The notes under the pieces were generated by a model. It was not told the DNA's origin. It worked only from the letters and a program-made list of their open reading frames with translations, and made no database searches. From NCBI GenBank assembly GCA_964188305.1, contig OZ076896.1: DNA of 64,000 bases; one strand, 5' to 3'. This stretch comes from Podarcis bocagei. Its lineage: Eukaryota. Every line of letters starts with the position of its first letter. The first letter of the stretch is position 1. Positions 1-32,910 of the stretch are shown here, piece by piece. A program made the position numbers and the translations under genes.

Positions 1-2
1 TA

Positions 3-19547
<19,545 letters not shown>

Positions 19548-19859
19548 AGTGGTACCCTCAGATATAACCTACTCCGAATCGGTCCTGTGATTTGGGAGAA
19601 GGGGGGGGTGAACCAAGAACACGTGAAACAAGAACAGAGGAAGAAGCGGCCTCTCTTGAACCCCAACGCCACGTTCCCATCACCTCAGACTGAACTACTG
19701 GCTGCAGTCCCCCCCCCATGGGCGTAGTCAAAGGGGGCAAGTGCCCCCCGGAATACTTAATTAACCAATTACATCGGTCCTGCCACGCCCATACCCACCC
19801 CGTCCAAAGCCTGCCTCACCCCGCTGTTCTTCTCCCCACACCTGTCCCAGGCCAACGCC

Positions 19860-20600
19860 CCTTTTCTCTGCCTTCTCACTCCGGCTTCAAGCAGCCCGCC
19901 ACGAGGCGGGGCCCGGGCGACGGACCTGCTCCCGCCCACAGCGCGGCTCACCCACTACCGCTACCCGTCTTCTCCCCGTCGGAAGGGGAGAAGGGAGGCC
20001 AGACCGTTAACCCCGCCCAGCGAGCGCCGGCCCGCGCGATGGCTCTATTAACGCCTCCCCTGACGCGAACGGAACGCCTCGTCACCTACAGCACGTGCCG
20101 CAGCTGCCGCCGCCGCGGCTCTCGCTGCTATTGCCGCTTGCCCTCCTCAGCCCCTCCCCCCTCCGTACGCGCGCGCACTCGCCCTCGCCGCTGCTCCAGC
20201 CCCTTGCCGGGGCTCCGGTCACGTGCCGCTTTCTCCTTCGCTGCCTTCCTCACCTCCCTGCAACACCCCCGCCAATAGCAGGGCCGCTGGGGCTCAGGAG
20301 AGCTGCTCAAGGCGCGGGAGAGGGGAGGTTAGGGCAGTAGCGTAAAAAAAAAAAGGAGCTCCCAGCCTGCGCTTCTAACGTAGCGCACTTCACCCCCGTT
20401 CCTTTTTTTTTTCCTGCGAGAGTTGCGGTTTGTCGCCGCCGCCGCGCGCGCGCATTCGGGGGGGGGGGGAAGACGAAGACTTTGCCCTCAGGGCGTTTCC
20501 TAGAAAACTTTGTTTGCTTGCTTGCCGAGGACGCACAGCGTTCTCAAGACGATCAAAACACGCGTGTGCTTTATTTGGAAATCAAGCCCCGTCGAGTTAA
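19860..20600 (-). promoter_or_regulatory. DDX4: DDX4 CpG-island promoter with probable non-coding exon 1 (donor after 20086)
   Basis: Marked CpG/GC enrichment; ag/gtgac donor; TCACGTG 20219-20225, CCAAT 20272-20276, GCGGGA 20314-20319. Confidence 0.75.
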
Positions 20601-21199
20601 GCGGGACTTGGTGCATCCGCTCTTAGTTAAGTGTACGTAGCACGGCAAAGCCTTTGTACTTTTGCCACCTTTCCTGCTACTGCTTGTGGTTTTGGTTTCG
20701 TTTCTTTTATTCCTGGAAAAACGAAAGTCTCGCTGTGTCTGAAGTTTCGTTACTGGACTTCGTTACTCCCCACAGGCTTCTGGTTCATGCTATAAAAACT
20801 TGGGAGTTCATTCCGCCCCATTGCAGGAAGGGCGTGCGTGGCCGTCTGAGGCAACAGGAGGGGAAAGCTTAGTGCTAGTTAATTATTTCCAAGACTCTGA
20901 AAAGTTCCAACTTTCTTGGCTTCAGTTCTACTTCACCTTAAAAAAACAAACCCCAAACCTGCTGCCACAATAGGGCTTGTTTGTTTTAATTTTTGGAACC
21001 TGCCAGGTGGTATCAGTCGACGTCTCAGAAGGAAGTCCCTCTTTAGTTGCTCCCAAGTTGCACAGGATGGTAGCTTCAACAAGATAAGACCTGCTGAGAA
21101 GTGAAGTGGGAGACATGGTGTGCTATTGAAGACAAGCTGGGCTCAGCTACATCTGGTACAGTATTCCCAAATCGGCCCCAAAGTTGTGAAAGGCACATT

Positions 21200-22239
21200 T
21201 GTTATGGGAATTCTAAGGTCTTTTATTTATATATAAAAAATAAATGTTCATTACAAGGCAAACGCATACATAAGTATATAAGCCATAGTACAGAAATAGT
21301 ACAGGAGAACAATCCTGAAGCCATTTTGACTCTCCCAAATTGACCTCAAATATTTCTCTGCAAGGAGGAAGGAAATGGGAAAAGCTTTCCAATTATATTT
21401 GAATTGTAGGGGCTTACACCTCCCTGTAGTGGGACGCGGGTGGCGCTGTGGGTAAAACCTCAGTGCCTAGGGCTTGCCGATCGCATGGTCGGCGGTTTGA
21501 ATCCCCGCGGCGGGGTGAGCTCCCGTCTTTCGGTCCCAGCTCCTGCCCACCTAGCAGTTCGAAAGCACCCTTAGGTGCAAGTAGATAAATGGGTACCGCT
21601 TTATAGCGGGAAGGTAAACGGCGTTTCCATGTGCTGCGCTGGTGCTGGCTCGCCAGAGCAACTTCGTCACGCTGGCCACGTGACCCGGAAGTGTCTCCGG
21701 ACAGCGCTGGCCCCCTGGCCTCTAAAGTAAGATGGGCGCACAAGCCTAGAGTGGACACGACTGGCCCCTACGGGCAGGGGTACCTTTACCTTTTTACACC
21801 TCCCTGTAAATAGTCTGGCAAGTATCTGTTAAGCTGAGCACACTATCAATATGCGTAAGGGATTCAGGAACTAAGTATTTACCATCTCAAAGGAATGGCC
21901 AGGATGCCCAGAAAAGGCAATCAGATAAGGCATTATAAGGTATCCTGGCAGACAGGAAAGAAGCTACACTCACTCCTGCTGGGGACCACCTCTTCCTGTG
22001 ATGTATGTATGATGTTTTGGGGAATGGTCTTGAGCTACAAGGTAGGCAATTTCAAAAGTCTGTATAAAAGTGGGGGATCCTGTTTCAGTTTAATAAAGAT
22101 AATGCTTACTAGCTGCTTTGCTTCTCAATATTCTCTGGTTGGCCTGTTATTTTCTCCTACCGATAGAAAATCTACATAAGGACTCTATTCGGGCTCTTGC
22201 ATACCATAAGGGATAAAGGAGCAGTTTTTCCTTATAACA
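21200..22239 (+). mobile_element. Solo LTR-like element (copy 1), interrupted by a SINE
   Basis: TGTTAT...ATAACA termini, TATAAAA ~22063, AATAAA ~22092; reverse complement of 27710-28345. Confidence 0.7.
21429..21793 (+). mobile_element. Sauria SINE (Squam1-type), full length
   Basis: GGGACGCGGGTGGCGCTGTGGGT head, B-box-like GGTTTGAATCC, (ACCTTT)n tail, 15-bp TSD TTACACCTCCCTGTA. Confidence 0.92.
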
Positions 22240-22559
22240 CACTAAAACCGCAGTTTAAAGCAGAGGCAGAGGAAACAACAGGAGCAAACGTGAAAAAAGT
22301 GAAAATATAAAAAGGACCAATGTGCAAGATCTGATCTACTGTATAACAGGGAAGGCTCATGAGTGTGCTTGTACCCCACCACTTCCTGTTGTGTGAAGGC
22401 TCGCTGCAGACGTGTAAAGTCACTATGCCAATAAACACAACTTCTGGTGAAGGAAACAAGATAAGACTTGCTACTAGGTGCAAAAATGAGGTGTTCCTTT
22501 GTCCTAGCAACCCTCAGCACAACCTGAAATATTTTGGGAGCTGGGCCTAATGCTGCCAG

Positions 22560-23222
22560 ACACCTGCCTGCACTTCATTAATAATACAAACTATAAATGT
22601 TGGAACTTTGACATGCCCAGGTTTCCATATCCCCCCTTCATCTTTGATTTACCTATAATGTAGGTAGATAGGAGGTCTGGAGCATTCAAAAGCTTGTTAT
22701 TTTGTGATACTTTGGTTGAACCTAATGAAGGTATTGCTTTACAATGGTTTTTTAAATTATTTCTACTGGACTAGCACAACTCCTTTTGATTCTCCGCCAT
22801 CCACCCTTCCCTTCTTAAGCCTTAGCTTGGGGCGGGAGGGTATTCGTGAGGAAATTCATGGGGGAATTCTTGGACTTGTCTTATCTTATTGAAGTTAGGC
22901 TTAAAGGAGTTCAGCGGTTTCCTCAGCTTCTTTGGCTGTATTTCAAGCCGATCCGTCGTCCGGGAGCCCCAAGGTTATGAGTCAGTGTAGCCGTATCAAT
23001 AAGCAGTGCAACGGTAGACGGTAGAACAATAAAGGAAGAACAATAAAGCAATAAAAGGATAAGCTAGTTAAAACAAGGCGACAAGACAGACCGCCGATAG
23101 TCCTTAAGCTCCTTGAGGTGTAGTTTTGAGGTCTTGAAGAGGCTAAAACTGATAAAACTAATAAAAACGCTTAATTGAAGTCGGAGGCTCTAATTGGGCT
23201 GCTACCTCCGTCGCCATCTTTG
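22560..23222 (-). mobile_element. Possible L1-type 5' UTR fragment
   Basis: Begins AAGATGGCG (YY1 motif) on minus strand; locally CpG-richer; family assignment by resemblance only. Confidence 0.35.
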
Positions 23223-24251
23223 CTTGATCAAATACCACCTTGCTAAAGAATTTTTACCTGTCTTCCACAAAAGCCAGATGCACTGCAGGGCCATATTTTG
23301 CCAGTAATAAAGGCGCTGGCCACTTTTGTTGGCAGACTGAGCATGTGCCTTGGAACTGCAACTGCTTTGCTAAGGAAGAAGTTATATTTTGGGAAGGTTT
23401 GTCTTCTATAAGTTCTAAGCAACCTGAGTTCCCCAGAACTCAGTTTGAAGAAGTTTGTATAAACTTCTTTGAACCGCCCTGAAATCTTGTGATGAAGGGC
23501 AGCATGTAAATTAATTGATTAAATAAAATTATTAATAATAATACTACTAAATTTAATAAATACAGGGGTGAAAGTATACCTAGAGCATTTATTGTTAGGA
23601 GTGCCACCTCCTTCAGGTAGGAGAGCATTTCAAATTCAAACTACTACGTAAAAAAAGTTCTGCTGGTTAAGCATTTATTTTACTTTTAGTACATGTTCAA
23701 AGGCATATGACTCATTCCAGGAAAATGTGACAATCCCCTCTATGCCTATTGAGATGACAGCTTTTCAAGCTGGATTCCCAGGAAGCATTTTCTAGTTAAG
23801 TTCTTTGGCAGGAAAATCTTCACCTCACAGACTGCCACTTGAAGGGGTGAGAATCCTGCCAATAAAAAGATTGGTAAGCCTAGGGGTAAAATGGGTGGGG
23901 TGCCTATGGTTATAGCTTCAATCGACCTTTGTCAAACATGTGAAAGTGCATATATTGAGGGAGGATATGTGTCATGATAATGTCCCTGGACAGATGTTGC
24001 AAAAGATTGCGGAAAATAATTTTGCAGTGTTAAAGAGTCTTTTACTGTAGCACATGACACATTTAAGAATTGCTGACACGGATGTAATTTCCTCCTAATC
24101 ACAAAAACATGTTCAGAACTATAGTTAGTATTGCAGATTTTAGCAAATGGAGCCCTAGAGCCTAGAACAGTGGTTCCAAAACTGGTCTGGGATCCATGGT
24201 TTGTGAGCTTCAATCATGGGATCTGTAAATAACAGTTACAATATTGAATTA

Positions 24252-24493
24252 CAGTGGTACCTCAGGTTAAGTACTTAATTCGTTCCGGAGGTCAGTTCTT
24301 AACCTGAAATTGTTCTTAACCTGAAGCACCACTTTAGCTAATGGGGCCTCCCACTGCTGCCACACCGCTGGAGCACGATTTCTGTTCTCATCGTGAAGCA
24401 AAGTTCTTAACCTGAAGCACTATTTCTGGGTTAGCGGAGTCTGTAACCTGAAGCGTATGTAACCTGAAGCGTATGTGACCCGAGGTAGCACTG
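24252..24493. mobile_element. TcMar MITE, family B
   Basis: CAGTGGTACCTC TIR, TAACCTGAAG repeats; copies at 50096 and 61327. Confidence 0.85.
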
Positions 24494-24574
24494 CATATGG
24501 AATTTAAAGTATAATACAATAAAATGCAATTTTAAAAAATAAAAGAAGCAATTAAAATCATCGTACATCTAGCA

Positions 24575-24716
24575 CAGGCATACATAGGCAAACTCCGGCC
24601 CTCCAGATGTTTTGAGACTACAATTCCCATCATCCCTGACCACTAGTCCTGTTAGCTACGGATGATGGGAATTGTAGTTCGAAAACATCTGGAGGGCTGG
24701 AGTTTGCCTATGCCTG
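24575..24716. mobile_element. hAT-Charlie-type MITE
   Basis: Same family as 17021; perfect 8-bp TSD ATCTAGCA. Confidence 0.9.
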
Positions 24717-25929
24717 ATCTAGCACATTGAATGACAATTGCTACAACGGGAGAAAAACCGTTTGGTCGTCTGCCAAGTGGCCCAGATCAGTTGAGAGTTT
24801 TGGCAGACTATTTCATGATATTTTCCTGTTTGTTGTAATGTGCTGTGCTTGATGCTATATGATTTTTACTCATATTTTTACACTAAATTTTCTGGTTTAA
24901 GCTACTAATGAATATACAGTCTTAATCACCACCATCCTGATTATAGCTGGCTTCAGCCAGACAGCAGAAGTTGATGGCTACCATAGAATTCAAAGCACAA
25001 TTTTACAAAGCAGTTTAGGCAGCTCAAATTAAATATAAGACCTATTAAATGACCCAAGGTAAACTATTCAGTTCTGATATTTGACAAATCTGTTCTTTAT
25101 AAAATGCTTTAAAAATGTCTCTGGCTTTGCAGGAGTGGCTGCATATATGTGTGGTATGGATCTCTTCAGCAATTCAATGCTCTCTATTACTACTTTGTCT
25201 CTGGCCATCTGCTGCTTTTACTCACTTTTGGTTCTGACTGGCTTCTTTTGCCAGCTAATTGGCAGGAAACAATTCAGCTGGCCAAGGTAGGAGTACTGTG
25301 ATGGGAAAGCATGCACAGTTGAATTTCTGCCAGTCATGCAAAACTTAAAGCTGGAGATGATGACGATGATGTACGCATAAACACCCACTGCTTATATGCC
25401 AAAATGGCTTCTAAGCAGTTTACAACAATAAAACCAGATACTCAGGTGGGGGTGTTATCATTTATTGCATTTATATACCAACTTTCTGCCAAGGTGATGT
25501 ACAGTTTTGTACTAAAACAAAACATATAAATATAGCCTGGGGCTGAGGGTGCAAACAGCTCAACTAAAGCAGACCCTGACACTGTATTGTCTTTACCTTT
25601 CTGCCTCACTCTCTTCTACTTACATTGCAGCATATTTGTATGTGGCACCCAGGGAAAAAAAAGCATGACTGCTTCTTGCACGCAGCTAAAAGTGCTCTTC
25701 ACCAACAAGGATTGTGCTTCACTTGAAAAAAATCATTGGTTGTATAACAGATTCACCATGGCAATTCTCCACAAGAAGCAAAAGCAATGTGCAACTTTGC
25801 TTTTCAGCTCTTAAATCTGGAGTATATACTAGAGTGTGTACTTTTAGTATATTCAAGTGTCAGCTCAGCTGAATGGTGGCGGTTAGTCTATAAAAAACAT
25901 GTGTATGAGTTTTTGTGCTGCATAATTTA

Positions 25930-26380
25930 TTGATTTATTAAATTTGTATACAGCCCTTTATCTACAGATCTCAGGGTAGCTGGCAATATAAGAATACAAA
26001 ATACATAATAAAAGCAAGAATTAAAACAACAACAACCTCTTCTCCCGCATCCTACGTTTAAAATGGGTATCGGATAGTAATCAGCCAAAGGCCTGGCTGA
26101 AGAAGAATGCTTTCATCTGGCATCTAAAGGTATATAATGAAGTGTCAGCCAAACTTTTCTGGGGAGAGCATTCCACAAGTGGGGTGCCACTGCAGAAAAG
26201 GCCTGGTCTCATGTTGCCACCTTCCAGAACTCTCATGGAGGCATATGAAGAAGGGCCTCTGAATATGATTGCAGGGTCTGGGTTGGTTCATCTGGAGAGA
26301 TGCAGTCCTGAGCCATTTAAGGCTTTATAGGTCAAAACCTGCACTTTGAATTGAACCCAGAAGCTAATTGCCAGTCAATT
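25930..26380 (-). mobile_element. Degraded L2 3' fragment
   Basis: Resembles 3' end of the 6810-7720 element (ggtcaaaacc.gcactttgaa). Confidence 0.6.
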
Positions 26381-26729
26381 ATAAAATGCATGTTGCTGTT
26401 ACAAATAGATCAAATAAAATTAATTCAACTGAAAACAATAAAACAGCAAAGAAGACATTGTAGTGGTGGCTTGGTTCACCAAGCACTGTAAACCAGACTA
26501 GCTGCCTGGGGCCATGTATGGGCTCCTGGAGAGGAACCTTCAGCTGATTTGTTTTCTTCTCCCTGGTCTTTTTTAAAAAAATGAACCTTGGCTCAGTGTG
26601 GTTGCAAGTACAAAAAGGTCCAGGGAGAAACAAAGCAGCCATGAGTTCCTTCCTGGGAGCTCACATTTTCACATAGTTCCAGTAAGTCAAAGTTTGACTT
26701 CCCTTGTTGTACAAAACAGGCCAGTATAG

Positions 26730-27265
<536 letters not shown>

Positions 27266-27709
27266 TTAAAATAGGCCAGCCAGTACATATAAAAAAAGAT
27301 TAAAATACAGAAACCCCAAGGCCAGAAATAACATAGAACATAGGACACTTATTTCTGTAATTTAGAAACTTAACAGGAATCCCTCCAGACAGAAATAATG
27401 CGATAACACGGGGAAGGCTTTGCAGAACAACTAATAAAACAGACTGATGTGCTGACAATTATAAATCCACCACCAATGCACTATTAATGTATCAATGACA
27501 TGCTGCAGAATACACCAGCCAAAGCAAAATAAACAGTCTGGAGGGATCCTGTGTAGAAATCCACGAAGATTTTATTGCAGTTATTTGCAAGGAGCACATT
27601 TACCCACAGACTCCTCAAAAAGTAGAAGCAAAACAGAAGTCTGCTTGTGTGGAAAAAAGGTGAGGTTTTAAAGTTCTTTTAATTTGTGAATGCTTCCTAT
27701 GCTAGAAGG

Positions 27710-28345
27710 TAGAGTCCTTAAGTAGGTTCTTTATCGGTAGGAGAAAATAACAGAGGCCAACCAGAGAATATTGAGAAGCAAAGCAGCTAGTAAGCATAAA
27801 CTTTATTAAACTGTTGCAACAGGGTCCCCTGCTCACCCCACACGGGGAGGGAGGAGAGGAACCTAGAACAATGGTATGAAAGCTCTTATATAAACATTTG
27901 AAAATTGCCTCCCTTGTAGCTCAAGACCACCCCCCAAAACAAACAAACATACATACATACATACATACATACATACATACATCACTGAGGCCTACAGCAG
28001 AAAACCTGTCTGACAGGATACCTAATAATGATCACTGATTGCTTTTACCTGGGCATCCTGGCCATTCCTTTGAGATGGTAAATACTTAGTTCTTGAATCC
28101 CGTACGCATATTGATAGTGTGCTCAGCTTAACAGATACTTGCCAGACTGTATTTACAGGGAGGTGTAAGCCCCTACAATGCAAAGACAATTGGAAAGCTT
28201 TTCCCATTTCCTTCCTCCTTGCAGATAAATATTTGAGGTCAATTTGGGAGAGTCAAAATGGCTTCAGGATTGTTTTCCTGTACTATTTCAGACACGTGGT
28301 TTATATACTTACCGGTATATATGAGACCTTAGAATTCCTATAACA
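27710..28345 (-). mobile_element. LTR-like element (copy 2), inverted relative to copy 1, U5 end truncated or diverged
   Basis: Block-by-block reverse-complement match to 21200-22187 without the SINE; contains (ACAT)9 at 27947-27982. Confidence 0.72.
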
Positions 28346-28359
28346 ATATTATGCCTATA

Positions 28360-28612
28360 CAGTGGTGCCCCGCAAGACGAATGCCTCGCAAGACGAAAAA
28401 CTCGCTAGACGAAAGGGTTTTTCAGTTTTGCGTTGCTTCGCTAGACGAACTTCCCTATGGGCTTGCTTCGCAAGACGAAAACGTCTTGCGCTTTTTTCTT
28501 AAAGCGGCTTGAAGAGGCGCAGTTGCGACGGACCGTGCTTCGCAAGATGAAAAACATCGCAAGACGAAAAGACTCGCGGAACGAATTATTTTCGTCTTGC
28601 AAGGCACCACTG
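28360..28612. mobile_element. TcMar MITE, family A (short form)
   Basis: Same TIRs, TA flanks. Confidence 0.88.
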
Positions 28613-29599
28613 TATCGCAATGGTGGGAATTAACAGTGGCATATAAAAACCCTGCAACATAGTTTGGCATTGTCATCTCCTTATTGCAAGCTGAATGGGG
28701 TGGAGGCTGTGTCACATGAGAATAGCATTGAAATATTCCAGTTTCTATCTTAATTTTTAAGATGGTGGGGGCATTGACAGATAGCTGCTTACATTAAATA
28801 CATGTTAATGTAACAGAGTTTTTAATATCTTAGTGAAGATTGGGAGAGGGGATGCAATCATCTAGTATTGGGGGGGTTGAAGTAGATAAGCTGACAACTC
28901 GGGGTGGGTGTGGGTGGGGAGAGTCTTTTCAGAAATGTCCGACCTGTATAGGTGAAATACATCTCCGCAACCGGTCTCCAGTACAACCCTGCACATTTCC
29001 CACATTATCAGGATTTCTTTCAGTGTTGTAGTTGCATTTGGGAGCCTTGTGGCACCTAACAGATTTCCTTGCGCAAGCTTTCGAGGATATCGCAGGCCAC
29101 TTCCGTGGTGATGTCCCAACCTGTGTGTGTATGTCCACAATTCACATTGCGTGTGTGTGTCAAACTTGGGTCTTTGATCCGGGTCAAATAAAGCCTAGCT
29201 TCGCCAGTGTCTCCTGAAATCACCGCACAGGTGGTACATGTATTGAAACCAGAGAACACGTCAGAAGAGGATTTTTTAAAAAAATAATAATATTTTTTTG
29301 CTGGTTGAAAAGGATAGAATACATTCAATTTTACAGTATATTAAACTTCATATAATTTGAACATAGGAACGGACCAGGCAAAATAAATGACCAATTTCTG
29401 AAGCAGAAATTACAATTTGGCTGGTGCCATTATGAAACTGCTGGCATTTTATCATGTTCTTAACATAATATTGCCTGTCTATTGATGTCAGAAGAGATTC
29501 TCTTCCAAAACAACTCCAGATGGCACATCTGGCAAGTCACCTTTGTAAGGAAAGGACTGGAAAATGCTAATCACTGTATCTGCCATCTCCCTCTCAAAA

Positions 29600-30200
29600 T
29601 GAACGGGTTGCACACGCTTCGCACCTTACACAGGCGCGCCGCCCTGCGCTTCCACTCCTCCTAGCGGTGGGAAATAAGAGACCTTAAACTCGAAAAGGAA
29701 AGCTGGCGTGTGTCACTCTTGAGATGTTATATCTCTGCGGCTGGCTTAGCTCTATGGGCGCAGAGTGGGAGCCGCTCTATGTCGGCATCTCTATGGTGGA
29801 TCCCATGCTTCGGATCCCGTTCGTTTGGATGGCGGATGTGCCGATGGAGGACTGAGGGAGTCCGCTCTATCGGTGCTGAGAGCAGCAAAAGTTCTTCCTG
29901 TTTACAGCTTTCGACTGGAAATGACTCAAGCGAGGCAACAGCCTCGTACCGGTGAATGGTGGCAGACTGAGATCAGGCGGAGCGGAGTCCAGGTACAGAA
30001 TCTGCATTAGATTTCATTTAAACTTGTGTTAAATATACATATAATAATAACACACACACACCGATCACCAGCCTTTAGACTGCAGTCCCTGTGCATCCTT
30101 ACCTAGGAGCAAGGTCCGCGGAACTCAGCGAGACTTGCTACTGAGTAAGAGCGCGAAGGGGTCAGTTGCTCGTGTGGTCAAGTGCCTGCTCTAATATAGC
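29600..30200 (+). promoter_or_regulatory. SLC38A9: SLC38A9 CpG-rich promoter and first exon region
   Basis: Local CpG enrichment ~3 kb upstream of the first coding exon; candidate donors after 29951 (cg/gtgaat) and 29992 (ag/gtacag); TSS not determinable. Confidence 0.65.
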
Positions 30201-31847
30201 AGACATTTGCAAATAAATGTGTTATCGGTTGTCAGAAGAAGGCAACGGCGTCATTTAGCTAGAGAAAACAGGAGTCCGTCTCTTTCTTGCTCTCTCCTCA
30301 GTCAGATCTCAAGTTAAAAGAGATCTGCGGGATTTTGGTAGCGCAACAGAGGTTTTTTTTAAAATCGCTCCTTTATTTGTATGGGTGAAGGAAAAGAATC
30401 CAAGTTTGAAATCTCAAGTTCTGTTTGTGGTAAATGCTCCACAGTAGCGACAACGTCAGCCTGTTGGCGCTGATGAGATTTAAAGTTTTATCAAGGGAAC
30501 TGAAAACTCTGCCTATGGTGTAGCCAGAAGTAAAGAATCTTTAAGTCCCACTAATTTCGGGAGAATGTTAAATATATCCCACGCTGCCCCATTGAAATAA
30601 ATGGAACTTAAGCATCTTTTGTTTGGATAATCGTCCTTTAACAAGGCTGGTTTTATTCTTCTCGCTGCCAGTTCCTTAGATGCTTTACCCCACTGCAGGG
30701 TCTTTGTACCCAGAAATAAGCTTTGGGAACCCCCAGATCTTCAACTGCTGCCGCTCTGCATGTTTTGGGGAACAAAACTCCATATGAGGGTCTTCATGTC
30801 TGAAATGCATTGTAAGGAATAGGTTTTAAAAGCTTTGGCACAGGGTAAATGTGGCCCTCTGTCCACCCCCCCCCAAAAAAAAAGCTGAGAGATCTTTTAG
30901 GGACAGTCTTCCAGCCAATGGAATAGATGATCTGGGCAGGGGTAAGCATTTGTTTTTGGTCAAAGGCTACATTATATAAAGAGTAATTTGGCTCCTACAG
31001 ATTAGAATTTCTGATTCTATGCAGGTTTGCTCAGAATTAAACCCTATTGTGCTTGATGAGGTTACCCTCAAGTAAACAGAGAATTTTGTTTAAAATATAT
31101 ACAAAAAAGCAGAGCCCCTACTGTTCTGGAAATCAAATAAAAATAATTCCATGTTGTCTTTAGTGTGTTGCACATACAGATTATTAATTTATGAAAATAA
31201 TCATGAATCACCTTTCACTCCAGAAGGGGGCACCAAGGTAATTTAAAATTTACAGAAGCCTACTCATTTGTTTTCAGACACCTATTGGTTTGGAGGGATA
31301 TTTATCCCAAAGCCATACAACTATGGAAAGAGTGTTTTTTAAATATTTTAATCAAATAAAATACTGTTATTTCCAATTGTTCTGAAGCTACAGTATATAG
31401 AAAGAGAACGAAAGCACTGTTAAGTATAAAATTACAGGGGAAACAGACAGGCAAGACTTTGATGGGGTGGAAAGCATGGGGCAGTTTTAGATGGAATCAG
31501 GGTCGTCTGCCTGTGATTTAGGGTGTTCCAAAGCTTATTTTGAAGAGCAGATATTTGCAAACGTGTTTATTCAGATTGCTTACACACATCCGGTGTTGAA
31601 CCAAGCAGCAACTTCCTCTTTATTTGAAACAACTGAGATTTTTCCAACTCAAATGTTGACCACAGTTTTATGGATTATGTCAGTTAAACTTTCAGATACT
31701 ATTGTGAAGATTATGTACTAACATACTTAACATAGTAGAGGATTAGAATGTATTCAAAGTGAACATTATTAAATGCAAATCAGGAACAGACCTACAGGAT
31801 ATTGCAGCTAACAAGCTTTGAACTTGCAACTCCAAAATAACTCTACG

Positions 31848-31994
31848 CAGTGGCGTAGCGTGGTTTGTCAGCACCCAGGGCAAGGCAAGTAATTTGCGCC
31901 CCCTAACCCATGGATTTGCGCCCCCTAACCCTAACCCCCAGATGTTGCGCCCGGTGCTGCCGGCACCCCCTGCACCCCCCACACTACGCCACTG
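31848..31994. mobile_element. hAT MITE
   Basis: TIR CAGTGGCGTAG; perfect 8-bp TSD ACTCTACG; second copy at 45400. Confidence 0.9.
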
Positions 31995-32910
31995 ACTCTA
32001 CGCCTCCTCTCAATGAGATTTCCCAGAAAAAACTACTACTATACATTTTTATAGCTTTATACAATCAGCTCAAGATAATATAGCTTCCTAAATTCTGTGA
32101 CTGGTAAACATCAGACCAGTAGTTGCATTGTTATCTTTTAACTTCCCATGACTCTATTGAATCAGCTAGTTTCTGGGGGAGAGGTTTCTTATCAGTTAAA
32201 AATATGCTGGACTTTCTCTGGAACATGGATTTCTATTTCCAGTCTTCCACTTCTCCTGTAAAAACAATACACTGAGACCTAACCTCTCCTGATAGTATGT
32301 TAAATTTTCCACACTGTTTTTCAGTCATTGTCCCACTTGAACATTTTACTACTTAGGCTACGATCCTGTGCACTCTTACCTGGGTGCCATTGATCTCCGT
32401 GTGACCTACTTCTGTGTAATCATGCACAGCATTGTTCGTCCAGAACTTCTGTGGTTTAATTTTTGAATGAAAAATAAACCAGTGTATTTTAAAGCCCTGC
32501 CAATGGGGAACAATCATATAAATTGTTCATTTAAAGCAGGCATGGGGAATCTCAGGCCTTCTAGTTGTTGCTGGACTTCCAGTTTACATCAGCCCTAGGC
32601 AGCCTAGCCAATGGTCAGGATAATGGGGTTTGTAATCCAACTCCTTCTGGCGGACTACAGTTTCTCCACCCCCAATTTAAAGCATTTTGCCAAAGAAATG
32701 TCAAAACATAAATCTTAGATGCTTATTGAAAGGTTATATAGTTAGGCAATTTTAGACTCAGAGCTTAATAAAGTTAAGGGAGGTCCTGTCTTCCTGAAGA
32801 AATAATATATTGAGGAAATGTAGTGATGATCACTTGCAGTAACTTACTTATTTCACTTTCTTTAAGGTTATAATAATTTACTACATTTGGTAGAAGATCG
32901 TTCTCCAGAT

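Noticed and set aside
21431-21515. tRNA-like sequences (also at 36157 and 50633)
   Set aside because: SINE heads continuing into SINE bodies, not tRNA genes.
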